Source: Minisyncoccota bacterium
Lineage (GTDB): Bacteria > Patescibacteriota > Minisyncoccia > Phycocordibacterales > Phycocordibacteraceae
Assembly: GCA_035547315.1 (NCBI GenBank)
Contig: DASZVH010000004.1
Coordinates: 76,108-140,107, forward strand
DNA length: 64,000 bases
Direction: 5' to 3'
Shown in pieces: positions 18,487-29,208 of this stretch (positions are counted from its first letter, which is position 1; every line of letters begins with the position of its first letter). The position numbers and the translations under genes are program-made. Under the pieces are notes generated by a model. It was given only the letters and a program-made list of their open reading frames with translations. It made no database searches and was not told the origin of the DNA.

Positions 18487-18925
18487 GTTTCAAAACCCGC
18501 TCGGCTTCCCGCATCGCTTCGCGCTTCTTCAAGGTCTCGCGCTTGTCGCTCTTGCCCTTGCCGCGCACGATCGCGATGCGGATCTTCACCAAGCGGCTTT
18601 TACTATACACCTCAAGCGGGACTATTGTCAACCCTTTTCGATCTTCCGCGGCCGCGAGCTTGGCGATCTCTCGCTTCGTGAGGAGGAGGCGGCGCGAGCG
18701 CTCCGGGTCGTAGCGCTCGCCCGTATTCTTGGGCTGGTAGGGAGGGATCGTGGCGCCCGCGAGGAAGGCCTCGCCCGCGCGCGCCACCACGCGCGCACCT
18801 TCAAGGGAACCGCGCTTATCGCGCAGGCTCTTCACCTCGCTCCCGGTGAGCTCCAAGCCAGCCTCGAAGCTCTCGAGTATCGAATACTTGAGCCGCGCTT
18901 TCTTATATTCGACCAGAGTGGCCAT
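18479..18925 (-). CDS. smpB: SsrA-binding protein
   Basis: EAGLELTGSEVKSLR, YDPERSRRLLL, KGLTIVPL, DKRE. Confidence 0.97.
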   Translation of the reverse strand: MATLVEYKKARLKYSILESFEAGLELTGSEVKSLRDKRGSLEGARVVARAGEAFLAGATIPPYQPKNTGERYDPERSRRLLLTKREIAKLAAAEDRKGLTIVPLEVYSKSRLVKIRIAIVRGKGKSDKRETLKKREAMREAERVLKRG

Positions 18926-18989
18926 AGCGCGACTATAGCATTAGCCGTTCATTTTTATTCCACCCCCTTTTCCTATATAGTATGGCTTC

Positions 18990-20966
<1,977 letters not shown>

Positions 20967-21037
20967 GGTTTTATAAAGCCTTATAAAAAAGATCGCCCCG
21001 GCGCTTTGGCCGGGGCAGTGATTCTCTGAACGCGAGG

Positions 21038-22240
21038 CTACGCGGCGACGCGGTATTTGCGCGTCTCGCCGCCCATGGCGACCCGCGCCTGGATCTTCCC
21101 CCAGTGGGGAGAATCGCGGCCGATCGTCATAGGGACTTCCCAGTCTTCGCGCGTGAGCTTGAGGACCGTCTGGGCCGGCGGGAGCTCGAAGGCCCTCCGA
21201 GCGTTTTCCGAAAGGAAGCCGCTCAGGTGTTGGAGACGGCCCCGCTCGGCAAAGCGCTCGACGACATACGAGATAGTCGCCTGGGGGATCTGCGTCTGGC
21301 CGCCAAGGACGATACCGTCCTTGTTGATCTTCACGCCGGTGGCGCGCGCCGTGTCGTCGACATGGCATGCGTCGTCGGCGCCGAAGTGCCAGAACGGCTC
21401 TCCTGAGACCATCGCGTCCTCGACCGCCTGTTGGTCGGAGGAGAGGCCGAAGATCGGCAAGCAGAAGGGATGTACATTGAGCGCGGTGCCGCCCTTGCCG
21501 TCCTCGAAGAGATCGTCGATGCAGTACTGGGTGTAGTGCGGCGCGATCTCGCCGAAGATGTTGTAGCCCTTCTTCCTCAGGTAGCGGATGATCTCGAGGG
21601 TCGAGGCGCGGGAGACATGGCAGATATTCACCCATGCCTCAGGCACGGCGTCGTAGATCTGCATCAGGTCCCGCTCGATCGACTCCGGCTCGCGCATAAG
21701 GAAATTGACGCGGCGCCCCGAGCGGTAATACTTCCGCTCGAAGTGGCCCATCAGCATGAAGTGCTGCTGGCTGTACACGCGGCGTCCCATATCGTTCATG
21801 GCTCGCACGAAGGGGATGATCTTACTGACATCGTCCACATCTCTGCCGTTGCTGTTGCTCGCGGCCTTGATGAAGACTTTCACTGCATCCACGGCCCGCC
21901 TTTCTTCAGGCTGATCGAACCCGGCGATGAGGTCGTTCGGATCGGTCTTCTCCGTGAGCAGGGGCGCGACCAGGATCTGGAGCGGCGCGCCCTCCGGCAC
22001 GAACGACTGCCAGCGCTTCTTCTTTGCGCCGGCGAGCGCTGCGGTCGTGAGCGCCGTCGCGGTATTGCCCATGCCGATGATCGTCTCGAAGACTTTGGCG
22101 AAGCGCGGGACGAGCATTTCGGTGCGCCCGTCCTTGTCTTCGTCATCGTCGCGCGGATGCGTATGAGTATTGAAGATCCCCGGGATGGAGATCTCGGCAG
22201 GATAATGGGTCGCATCTGCGACCGGGTGGCCCAAGGACAT
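21038..22240 (-). CDS. pyrC: Dihydroorotase (E. coli-type class II-like, divergent)
   Basis: HTHPRD, MGNT, VKVF, GHFE, CHVS, APHY, HPFCLP and GADDACH line up with the HLHLRD/MPN/KLYP/HGE/EHIT/PQH/YCLP/GTDSAPH motifs. Confidence 0.75.
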   Translation of the reverse strand: MSLGHPVADATHYPAEISIPGIFNTHTHPRDDDEDKDGRTEMLVPRFAKVFETIIGMGNTATALTTAALAGAKKKRWQSFVPEGAPLQILVAPLLTEKTDPNDLIAGFDQPEERRAVDAVKVFIKAASNSNGRDVDDVSKIIPFVRAMNDMGRRVYSQQHFMLMGHFERKYYRSGRRVNFLMREPESIERDLMQIYDAVPEAWVNICHVSRASTLEIIRYLRKKGYNIFGEIAPHYTQYCIDDLFEDGKGGTALNVHPFCLPIFGLSSDQQAVEDAMVSGEPFWHFGADDACHVDDTARATGVKINKDGIVLGGQTQIPQATISYVVERFAERGRLQHLSGFLSENARRAFELPPAQTVLKLTREDWEVPMTIGRDSPHWGKIQARVAMGGETRKYRVAA

Positions 22241-22312
22241 GATTGCCCCCTTTCTGTATGGCCGTTGCGATAAGGACTGCGAATCCGGGCGGAATCTACC
22301 ACGGGAACGGGC

Positions 22313-22347
22313 AAAAAGAAACGCCGCGGGGCAAGGCCCCGCGGCGC
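22313..22347 (-). terminator. Intrinsic terminator between pyrD and pyrC
   Basis: CGCCGCGGGGC/GCCCCGCGGCG stem followed by TTTCTTTTT on the minus strand. Confidence 0.6.
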
Positions 22348-22352
22348 TGCAT

Positions 22353-23303
22353 TCAATAGGATTTACCAGCCAACTCATGGCCGCGCTCGATGATAGAGCG
22401 CACGCGCCAGGGCCGGAGCATCGCGACCGTCGTGAAGAAGATCGAGTCGGCGCCTGCTTCGCGGATAAGATCCACGTCGCTTGGCCGCATGATCCCGCCA
22501 CCGCCATTGATGTAGGTCGTGGCGTCGAGTGTGCGGAATCTCCGTATCCAATCCGCGACTAAAGGAGCGAGGCCGCTGCCCGAGAGACCGCCTTTCCCAT
22601 AGTCGCGCTTCTCGAGCGGAGAGCCATTGGGATAGACCAAACTCCAGCTGATATCGTGCGGCATCTCGCCGAACGGGATCGTATTGGTGAGGCAGAGCCC
22701 AGCGCACTCATGCATCTGGGCGATCTCTGCCGCGGCCTCTGGAGCGACGGTGAGATTGATCTTCACCACGATGGGGATCCCGAGCTTTGCAAGGATGGGG
22801 AGAAGGCGTTTTGCCTTTTCCACAATCTTTGAGAGATCGGCACCGACGTTCGGACACGTGAGATTGAACTGCAGCGCCACAAAGCGGCTCTCGAAGCTCC
22901 GCAGCGCAATCTTAAGCTCGATCGCGAACTCCTCGGTCTCACGCTCTTGTTCCTCGTCCGTCTTGCCGATTGGCATGAAGGAGACGAAGAAGGGTTCGGC
23001 GATGTGCTGCCAGCGCTCCGTAGCGAGGAAGGCTTTGATTCCGGGATTCGAAAGGCCAACGGCATTGAGCGCACGTCCGCCAATCACGCGGGCATCGATA
23101 CAGTCGGGGAAGAGTGCGTATGGCTGGTAATCCGCCGTAAGCAGCATGTTGCCTTTGTTTGGAAAGGCGGTAATCGTCTTTGCGACGAGCGTCGAGCCCT
23201 TGAAGGAGAGGTTCGGTACCAGCTTATGGAACCAATAGCCCTCTCCTGAAAAGCCGCGTACGCCGCAGCCGTCCCAGACGGGGCCGAAAATACGAAGATC
23301 CAT
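22353..23303 (-). CDS. pyrD: Family 1 dihydroorotate dehydrogenase (divergent)
   Basis: AKTIT, NAVGLSNPG, FNLTCPNV (catalytic Cys), VVKI, TNT, GGLSG, GGGGI; SD AGGAG upstream. Confidence 0.82.
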   Translation of the reverse strand: MDLRIFGPVWDGCGVRGFSGEGYWFHKLVPNLSFKGSTLVAKTITAFPNKGNMLLTADYQPYALFPDCIDARVIGGRALNAVGLSNPGIKAFLATERWQHIAEPFFVSFMPIGKTDEEQERETEEFAIELKIALRSFESRFVALQFNLTCPNVGADLSKIVEKAKRLLPILAKLGIPIVVKINLTVAPEAAAEIAQMHECAGLCLTNTIPFGEMPHDISWSLVYPNGSPLEKRDYGKGGLSGSGLAPLVADWIRRFRTLDATTYINGGGGIMRPSDVDLIREAGADSIFFTTVAMLRPWRVRSIIERGHELAGKSY

Positions 23304-23374
23304 CGGATGTCTCCTATGCACAATCCGCTCGCACGCTAGCACGGAAGCGGAGAGGGTGTAAAGTGAGTTCGTTC

Positions 23375-23447
23375 CCGCCCCTAGCTCAATGGTTAGAGCA
23401 CCGAGCTTATACCTCGGCGGTTCTTGGTTCGAGTCCAAGGGGGCGGA
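23375..23447 (+). tRNA. tRNA-Ile (anticodon UAU)
   Basis: Acceptor CCGCCCC/GGGGCGG-A; anticodon stem CCGAG/CTCGG with loop CT-TAT-AC; T-arm CTTGG-TTCGAGT-CCAAG. Confidence 0.9.
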
Positions 23448-23449
23448 CT

Positions 23450-24025
23450 ATGCCGCACTTCATCCTCGCGCAGTCGTATCTCCTCCTCGCGATCCTCGCC
23501 TTGCTCGAGGGGCCTTTCGTCGCCATCGCCTGCGGGGTGGGGGTGGGGCTCGGCTATTTCAATCCGCTCGCGGCCTACGGCATCTTGGTGGCCGGCAGCA
23601 TCATCCCCGACTTCTTCTATTACTCGATCGGGCGCTATGCCCGGAGCATCCCGGCGGTCGAACGCTTCGCGCTGCGCACGCGCCTGATCCGCGAGGTCTA
23701 CCTGCCGCTCAAGGAGCTCTGGCGCGAGAGCCCGCTCTTCATGCTCGCGCTCGGCAAGCTCGCCTACGGCATCACGCCGCCCATCACGATCACCTCCGGG
23801 CTCGCCGAGGTCCCGCTCCCGCGCTTCGCCTACGCCTCCTTCCTGGCGGGGACGATCCTCTACGGCGCGCTCGGCTGTCTCGGCTTCCTCCTCGCGCGCC
23901 TCTACGGCTTCGTCGACCTCAAGACGGGCGCCGCGCCCTATCTGGTCGGCGCCGCGGGCCTCGGCTGCTTCGCGCTGCTCGTGTTCCTCATGCGGGCGGC
24001 GCGGCGGCGCCTCGGCCGCGGCTAG
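23450..24025 (+). CDS. DedA/VTT-domain membrane protein
   Basis: LLEGP, GSIIPDFFYYSIGR, LGKLAYG; hydrophobic. Confidence 0.8.
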   Translation: MPHFILAQSYLLLAILALLEGPFVAIACGVGVGLGYFNPLAAYGILVAGSIIPDFFYYSIGRYARSIPAVERFALRTRLIREVYLPLKELWRESPLFMLALGKLAYGITPPITITSGLAEVPLPRFAYASFLAGTILYGALGCLGFLLARLYGFVDLKTGAAPYLVGAAGLGCFALLVFLMRAARRRLGRG

Positions 24026-24645
24026 GTGCGCGGGTCGCGTTTCGGCCACTCTTCGAGGCGGCCGGCCTTGAGTTCCATCGCGTCGGCGCGCCGCAGATAC
24101 GCGCGCTCCTTGCCGGGCAGGAGCCGGTAGTGGGGGAGCGCGTTCAAGAGATCGTCGAGCTCCCAGAGGTCCTCCGCGCCCGCGAGCCAGTCGAGCTTCA
24201 CGCGATCCAGATTGAGCGGCCGCGAGTAGCTCTCGAGCGTCTTCACGCCGCTCGTGTTGAGGAACCACTCGTGGAAATAGGAGAGCGCGAGCTCGCGCAG
24301 CGTCTTGTAGGCCGGGTCGCGGTAGCGGATGGTCGCGTGATTGGTCTTGGAGATCGCGCCCCAGCGCCCGCGGCGCTTATAGAGCGCGACGACGTGGTCC
24401 ACGTCGCCCGCGCCCTCGACCGCGTAGAGGTCCATGATCAGAGGCGGTTTGCCGTGGCGCTTCAAGGCCGCGGCGGCGATGAGCGCGCCCTCGATGCAAT
24501 GGGCTTTGCGCGCAGAGAGCGCCGCGAGGGCGCTCCGATGCGTCTCTCCCGACTTCTCCCAGTTCATCGGGAGGCGGTCGAGAAAGTCTTGTATCTTGGC
24601 GGGCGTGTCGAGCGTGTCGAGGAGCGCTAAGCCGGGCCGTGCCAT
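24022..24645 (-). CDS. Conserved hypothetical protein, transglutaminase-like
   Basis: AHCIEGAL, DHVVALY, WGAISKTNH, YRDP..LRELALSYFHE. Confidence 0.75.
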   Translation of the reverse strand: MARPGLALLDTLDTPAKIQDFLDRLPMNWEKSGETHRSALAALSARKAHCIEGALIAAAALKRHGKPPLIMDLYAVEGAGDVDHVVALYKRRGRWGAISKTNHATIRYRDPAYKTLRELALSYFHEWFLNTSGVKTLESYSRPLNLDRVKLDWLAGAEDLWELDDLLNALPHYRLLPGKERAYLRRADAMELKAGRLEEWPKRDPRT

Positions 24646-24685
24646 GCCGCCAGCATAGCAGGCGGCATGGTCCGCCTCGATGAAG

Positions 24686-27600
24686 CTACCAGAACCGGCT
24701 CTGCAGCAGGCTCTTGGTCAGCGGCCCGACGGCGCCCACCGCGGCGAGGCCGTTGGCCTGCTGGAAGGCGGCGAGCGCGGACTCGGTGATCGAGCCGAAG
24801 TATCCCGTCACGCTCGTCTTGAAGTAGCCGAGCTTGGAGAGGATCTGCTGGAGCGTCATGACGTCCGCGCCGCTCGCGCCCATCGCGAGCCCGCGCGAGA
24901 CGGGCAGGGCGGAGATCTGGTTCACCACGAAGCGCAGCGTGCCGTCCCAGTAGAGGTCTTCCGTGCCGGTGCCCGGGATGAAGCCCTGCGAGTCGAATTT
25001 GTTGAACATGCCGCCCTCCGCGGGATAGACGACGCCGTCGTAGGTGAGCGACTGCACGTAGAGGTTGATGTCGTGGCCGTCCTTGGTGTAGCCGTCGTTA
25101 ATGAACTGGATGTCGACGGTCTGCGCGTCCGGATACGAGCCGGTGTAGGAGACGTCCTTCCACTGGTCTTGCGCGTGGTTCGCGGTCACGGTCTGGATGC
25201 CGCCGACCTGCGCGCCGTTCACGTAGACCTTGAACTGCGGGCTGTAGTCGCCCGAGACGTGGAAGGAGAAGGTATCCTGCGCCGCCGCCTTGATCGTCAC
25301 CGTCGCGCTGCCGCTCGCCTGGCCGCCGGCGCCGGTGCAAGTGAGGGTGTAGGTCTGCGGGCTCGTGATGCCGTTGAAGGTCTGCGAGCCGCTTGTCGCC
25401 TTGGAGCCGTTCCAGTCGCCCGAGGCGATGCAGGAGTTCGCGTCGGTCGAGGACCAGCTGACCTTGCTCGAGCCGCCGGAGGAGACCTGGCTCGGATCGG
25501 CGGCGATGGTGACCGTAGGCGCCGCCGCCTGCGAGACCGTCACGGTCGCCGCGGCGTTCGCCGAGCCGTTCGAGCCGGTGCAGAGCACGGTGTAGGTGGT
25601 GGTCTGTGCCGGCGTCACGCTCGCGCTCCCGGAGACCGCGCCGCCAGTGGAGAAGCCGGTGCCGCTGCAGCTGTCGGCCCCCGTCGAGCTCCAGGTGAGC
25701 GTCGAGGATTGGCCGGCGGCGATCGAGCTCGGGTTGGCCGAGAGGGAGGCGGTGGGCGGCGGGGGCGCACTGCCGAGCGCGAGCGCGGCGATCTCGCTCG
25801 CCGAGAGCGCGCGGTTGTAGAGGCGCACGTCGTCGATCAGGCCATTGGCGTAGCCGTTCTTGACGCTGCCCGAGGCGCGGCCGATGTAGGCGCCGGCGTT
25901 CGTGTCGTAGTAGGCGACCGGCGCGCTCTGCGCCTGCGAGGTCTCGAGCTTGCCATCGAGGTAGAGCGCGACCGTCGAGCCGTCCCAGGCGAGCGTCGCG
26001 TAGTGCCAGGAGCCGTTCGGGATGATGCTCGGGCCGGTGAGGTACTGGTTCGTCCCCTTATTACTGACCTCGCCCATCAGGTGCATCGGGGAGCCGCCCG
26101 CTCCCTCATAGAGGACGAGGCGGACGCCGCCGTTGTCGCTACCGTTGCCGCTGTTGAGCTTGACGAAGATAGGCCAGACGCTGTCTTGGCCGGTGGCGGG
26201 CGTGCTGACGTAGAACCAGCCGCCGATCGTGCCGGCGCTCGTGAGATTGATGAGCGAGTTGCCCGGGAGGGAGACATAGCTCGAGCCTCCAAGCGAGACC
26301 GCCTGAGCGATCTCGCCGGCGCCGAAGGTCGGGCCGTTCACGCCCTGGCCGTTGATGCCGTTGCCCGAAGCGTCCGCGAATGAGCCGTCAAAGGGCCACT
26401 CGGCGACGGGGCCGGAGCCGCCCCCGCCGCTGCCCGAGGAGACGCTCACCGTCGTCTGCGCGCTCGCCTGGCCGCCCGCGCCCGTGCAGGTGACGGAATA
26501 CGTCGTCGTCTGCGAAGGCGTGACGACCGCGCTTCCTGCAGCGGCGCCCCCGGTGGAGAAGCCGGTACCGGTGCAGGAGTCCGCGTTCGTGGAGCCCCAC
26601 GTGAGCGTGGAAGACTGTCCGCTCGTGATCGAGCTCGGGTTGGCCGAGAGGGAGGCGGTGGGGGCGGCGGCGCCGGAGTATTCGACGAGGTAATCCTCGA
26701 CGCTCCAGCCGTCGGGACTGTTGTCGTAGTCGATATCCCACCAGGTGTAGCCGTCGGCCGCGACGGGGCCGCCGATGACCGTGCCGAGCGCGCTCGGCGG
26801 CTGGGTGCCGAGCAGCGTGCCGGAGAGCGAGGGCGTCTGGCGGACGTTCAGCGTCTCCGTGGTCTCGACGCGCTCGCCGATCGTGAACTTGGTGCTGCCC
26901 GAGGAGACGCTCACCGTCGTCTGCGCGCTCGCCTGGCCGCCCGCGCCGGTGCAGTTCACCGTGTAGGTGGTGGTCTGGGCTGGCGTCACGCCTGTGCTCC
27001 CGGAGACCGCGCCGCCGGTCGAGAAGTTCGTACCCGCGCAGCTCGTCGCGTTGGTCGAGCTCCAAGTGAGGACGGCGGTCTGGCCCGCGGTAATCGAGGA
27101 AGGATTCGCCGAGAGGGAGGCGGTGGGGGGCGGAGTGCCGCCGCTGCCGGAAGGGATAATGTGGAACTTGAGCGCGCCGGCCAGATATGATGCTTGCATC
27201 GAGGCGAGATCCGGGAAGTTGGGGTGGAGCGGCAGGAGGGTGTTGTAGGCCTGGAGCGCGCTGGCGTTGCCGGTGGCGTTATACAGCTCAGCCTGCGCCA
27301 TGAGGCCGAGCTGGCCGTAGTCGCAGTACTCGCAATTGGCGAGCGAGTCCGGCGGGTTCTGCGCGCCGACCTTCGACCAGCTCGCAGGCGTAGTGAAGGA
27401 GAGGTTGTAGTTGACTCCCGAGGCCGGCTGCATGCCCTGGCTGCTGTTGAGGAAGCGCCCGGCAGACCAGTTCGCGATCCAGTTGAGGACCGTCTTCGCG
27501 TCGTTATCGCCGAACAGCGCCGCCTGCGCAACGGCGGTCATGAGGTAATCCTGCTGCCAAGGCGCCATCACGACGTTCGGCGGGTTGCTGCCTTCATAAT

Positions 27601-29134
27601 CGCCGGGGAGGTAACCATAGATCGAGCCCTCCTGGCTCTGCAGGGAGGAGAAGTTACTGATCCAGTTCTGGTAGTTGTTGTTGACGATTCCGGTCCAGTA
27701 GGACTTGTCGGCGCTTCCGTCCGGGTTGGCCCACATGGCCTCGTCGATCTGCCGCAGCGGCCAGGCTTGCCCGCGTACCTGATCGAGGAAGTTGATCATG
27801 AGCCCCTTGCCGTCGCCGCGATAGCCGTTCCAGGAAACGAGCTCGGAGAAGGTGGCTTGTGCGTTCAGCTGGTCGAGATCCCAGCGGCTGCCGGTGAGCA
27901 GGTACGGGACGAAGGAGAGATCCGGTTCGTGCGCATTGTCGAGGGTCCAGTCGGTTGCGCCGGTGAACTGCTTCAAGGTCGGGTTGCCGCGCGAGTCGGT
28001 CCAGAGCGTCGGATAATTCACGAGCGAAAGATAGTCGCCCGTGTTCGGGTCGAAGTAGTGCCAGGGCACGGTGCCGGCCGCGTCGGCTTGTGCGAGCGCG
28101 TACTTAGCGGCGGAGGCGTCTTGCGAGAGGAGCCAGTCGGCGTTCTGTGAGGTGGTGGGCCCGACATCAGGGCGGTCGCCGGTCGTGGGCATGTACTTGG
28201 CAATGCCGGCGGAGCTGAGCGGGCTGTAGCTCTCCGGAACGAAGCCCGAGGTATCGATCCCGTCGGCGATGTCGTAGTTGGGGATGGTGCCGGTCTTGAT
28301 GAGGTACGCGACGTCGTGCTGGACGTTCACGCCCGGCGCGCCGTTGGTCCAAAATTCCTCGTGCCACTGCTGATATTGATACTCGGTGAGCGTGCCCGAG
28401 TAGACGGTCGAGCCGTTTTGCGTGACGGTCGCGGTGTAGGAGACAGTGCCGCCGCTGCCCCCGTGCGGATCGTTGGAGGACCACGCGTAGTCGTTATCGA
28501 ACTGCACATCGGTGGAGTAGGTGCCGTCAGCGTACTCGGATATGTCGAAGACAAGGTGCATCGAGCTCGTGACCGGCGCGTCGACGCGCGCCTCGCTCAC
28601 CACCGGCCCTTGCCGCCAGTAGGAAGCCTTGCCCGCGTTGAGCGCGGCGGCCAGGAGCGACGCCGCGTCGAAGTGATAGGTCTTGCCCGAGATGACGAGA
28701 TCTACCGTGAAGCTGTAGCCCGGCATCGAGGAGAGGGAGATCGGGGTGCCGGCCGAGAGCGGGGAGAGCATCACCGGCGCGCTGCCGCTGATCGCCGGCG
28801 CGAGCACGGTCACGACGCCGAAGCGCGCGGAGCCGTCGGGATACTTGGTCTTGATATCCACCTGCGCGGGGACGGTGCTGCCGTTGACGGTCGCGGAGAG
28901 GCCGGAGTTCCCGGCGAGCGCGCCGTCGACGAAGGGCTGGCCGAATTCGACCTCGTGCGCGGGCAAGCTGCCGCCGTTGGGATTCTGGAAAATGAGGCCG
29001 ACGATCTGGCCGGCGCCGGCCTGCGGCACCGAGGGCGGGTAGAGTATCGCGGCATGCGTGATCGCCGGGACGGCGAGAGCAAGCGCTGCGGCGGCGCTAA
29101 TAAAAAAACGAAACGCGAGACGCGCTTGGTACAT
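24686..29134 (-). CDS. Large secreted multidomain surface protein (putative lyase-like N-domain, Ig-like repeats, SH3b, LamG, CBM60-like, PG-binding)
   Basis: Signal peptide from ATG 29134; SH3b LNVRQTP..WW..GW; LamG WHYATLAWDG..LYLDG..IDDVRLYNRALS; C-terminal GADVMTLQQIL..TGYFG. Confidence 0.85.
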   Translation of the reverse strand: MYQARLAFRFFISAAAALALAVPAITHAAILYPPSVPQAGAGQIVGLIFQNPNGGSLPAHEVEFGQPFVDGALAGNSGLSATVNGSTVPAQVDIKTKYPDGSARFGVVTVLAPAISGSAPVMLSPLSAGTPISLSSMPGYSFTVDLVISGKTYHFDAASLLAAALNAGKASYWRQGPVVSEARVDAPVTSSMHLVFDISEYADGTYSTDVQFDNDYAWSSNDPHGGSGGTVSYTATVTQNGSTVYSGTLTEYQYQQWHEEFWTNGAPGVNVQHDVAYLIKTGTIPNYDIADGIDTSGFVPESYSPLSSAGIAKYMPTTGDRPDVGPTTSQNADWLLSQDASAAKYALAQADAAGTVPWHYFDPNTGDYLSLVNYPTLWTDSRGNPTLKQFTGATDWTLDNAHEPDLSFVPYLLTGSRWDLDQLNAQATFSELVSWNGYRGDGKGLMINFLDQVRGQAWPLRQIDEAMWANPDGSADKSYWTGIVNNNYQNWISNFSSLQSQEGSIYGYLPGDYEGSNPPNVVMAPWQQDYLMTAVAQAALFGDNDAKTVLNWIANWSAGRFLNSSQGMQPASGVNYNLSFTTPASWSKVGAQNPPDSLANCEYCDYGQLGLMAQAELYNATGNASALQAYNTLLPLHPNFPDLASMQASYLAGALKFHIIPSGSGGTPPPTASLSANPSSITAGQTAVLTWSSTNATSCAGTNFSTGGAVSGSTGVTPAQTTTYTVNCTGAGGQASAQTTVSVSSGSTKFTIGERVETTETLNVRQTPSLSGTLLGTQPPSALGTVIGGPVAADGYTWWDIDYDNSPDGWSVEDYLVEYSGAAAPTASLSANPSSITSGQSSTLTWGSTNADSCTGTGFSTGGAAAGSAVVTPSQTTTYSVTCTGAGGQASAQTTVSVSSGSGGGGSGPVAEWPFDGSFADASGNGINGQGVNGPTFGAGEIAQAVSLGGSSYVSLPGNSLINLTSAGTIGGWFYVSTPATGQDSVWPIFVKLNSGNGSDNGGVRLVLYEGAGGSPMHLMGEVSNKGTNQYLTGPSIIPNGSWHYATLAWDGSTVALYLDGKLETSQAQSAPVAYYDTNAGAYIGRASGSVKNGYANGLIDDVRLYNRALSASEIAALALGSAPPPPTASLSANPSSIAAGQSSTLTWSSTGADSCSGTGFSTGGAVSGSASVTPAQTTTYTVLCTGSNGSANAAATVTVSQAAAPTVTIAADPSQVSSGGSSKVSWSSTDANSCIASGDWNGSKATSGSQTFNGITSPQTYTLTCTGAGGQASGSATVTIKAAAQDTFSFHVSGDYSPQFKVYVNGAQVGGIQTVTANHAQDQWKDVSYTGSYPDAQTVDIQFINDGYTKDGHDINLYVQSLTYDGVVYPAEGGMFNKFDSQGFIPGTGTEDLYWDGTLRFVVNQISALPVSRGLAMGASGADVMTLQQILSKLGYFKTSVTGYFGSITESALAAFQQANGLAAVGAVGPLTKSLLQSRFW
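25290..27130 (-). repeat. Four dispersed ~80-aa Ig-like intragenic repeats (PTASLSANPSSI..LTWSST..C..TYTV.CTG)
   Basis: Repeats visible in the protein; 54 bp identical at 26429-26482 and 26894-26947; outer limits approximate. Confidence 0.8.
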
Positions 29135-29208
29135 ACGCGGGCAAATAGGGGTGGGTAATAAGCACGCCCTCATCATACCGGGCGGAAAGTCCCGCAACAG
29201 GGCGTTTT

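Noticed and set aside
22353-23438. N-terminal extensions of the pyrD, dedA, rlmB, recG and tsaD ORFs in the track
   Set aside because: The extensions run through tRNAs or neighbouring genes; downstream starts have an SD or -10 box and match family N-termini
26429-26947. Near-identical repeat pair as a possible DGR template/variable repeat or CRISPR
   Set aside because: Both copies are in-frame Ig-like domain repeats; no reverse transcriptase, adenine-specific pattern, spacers or cas genes
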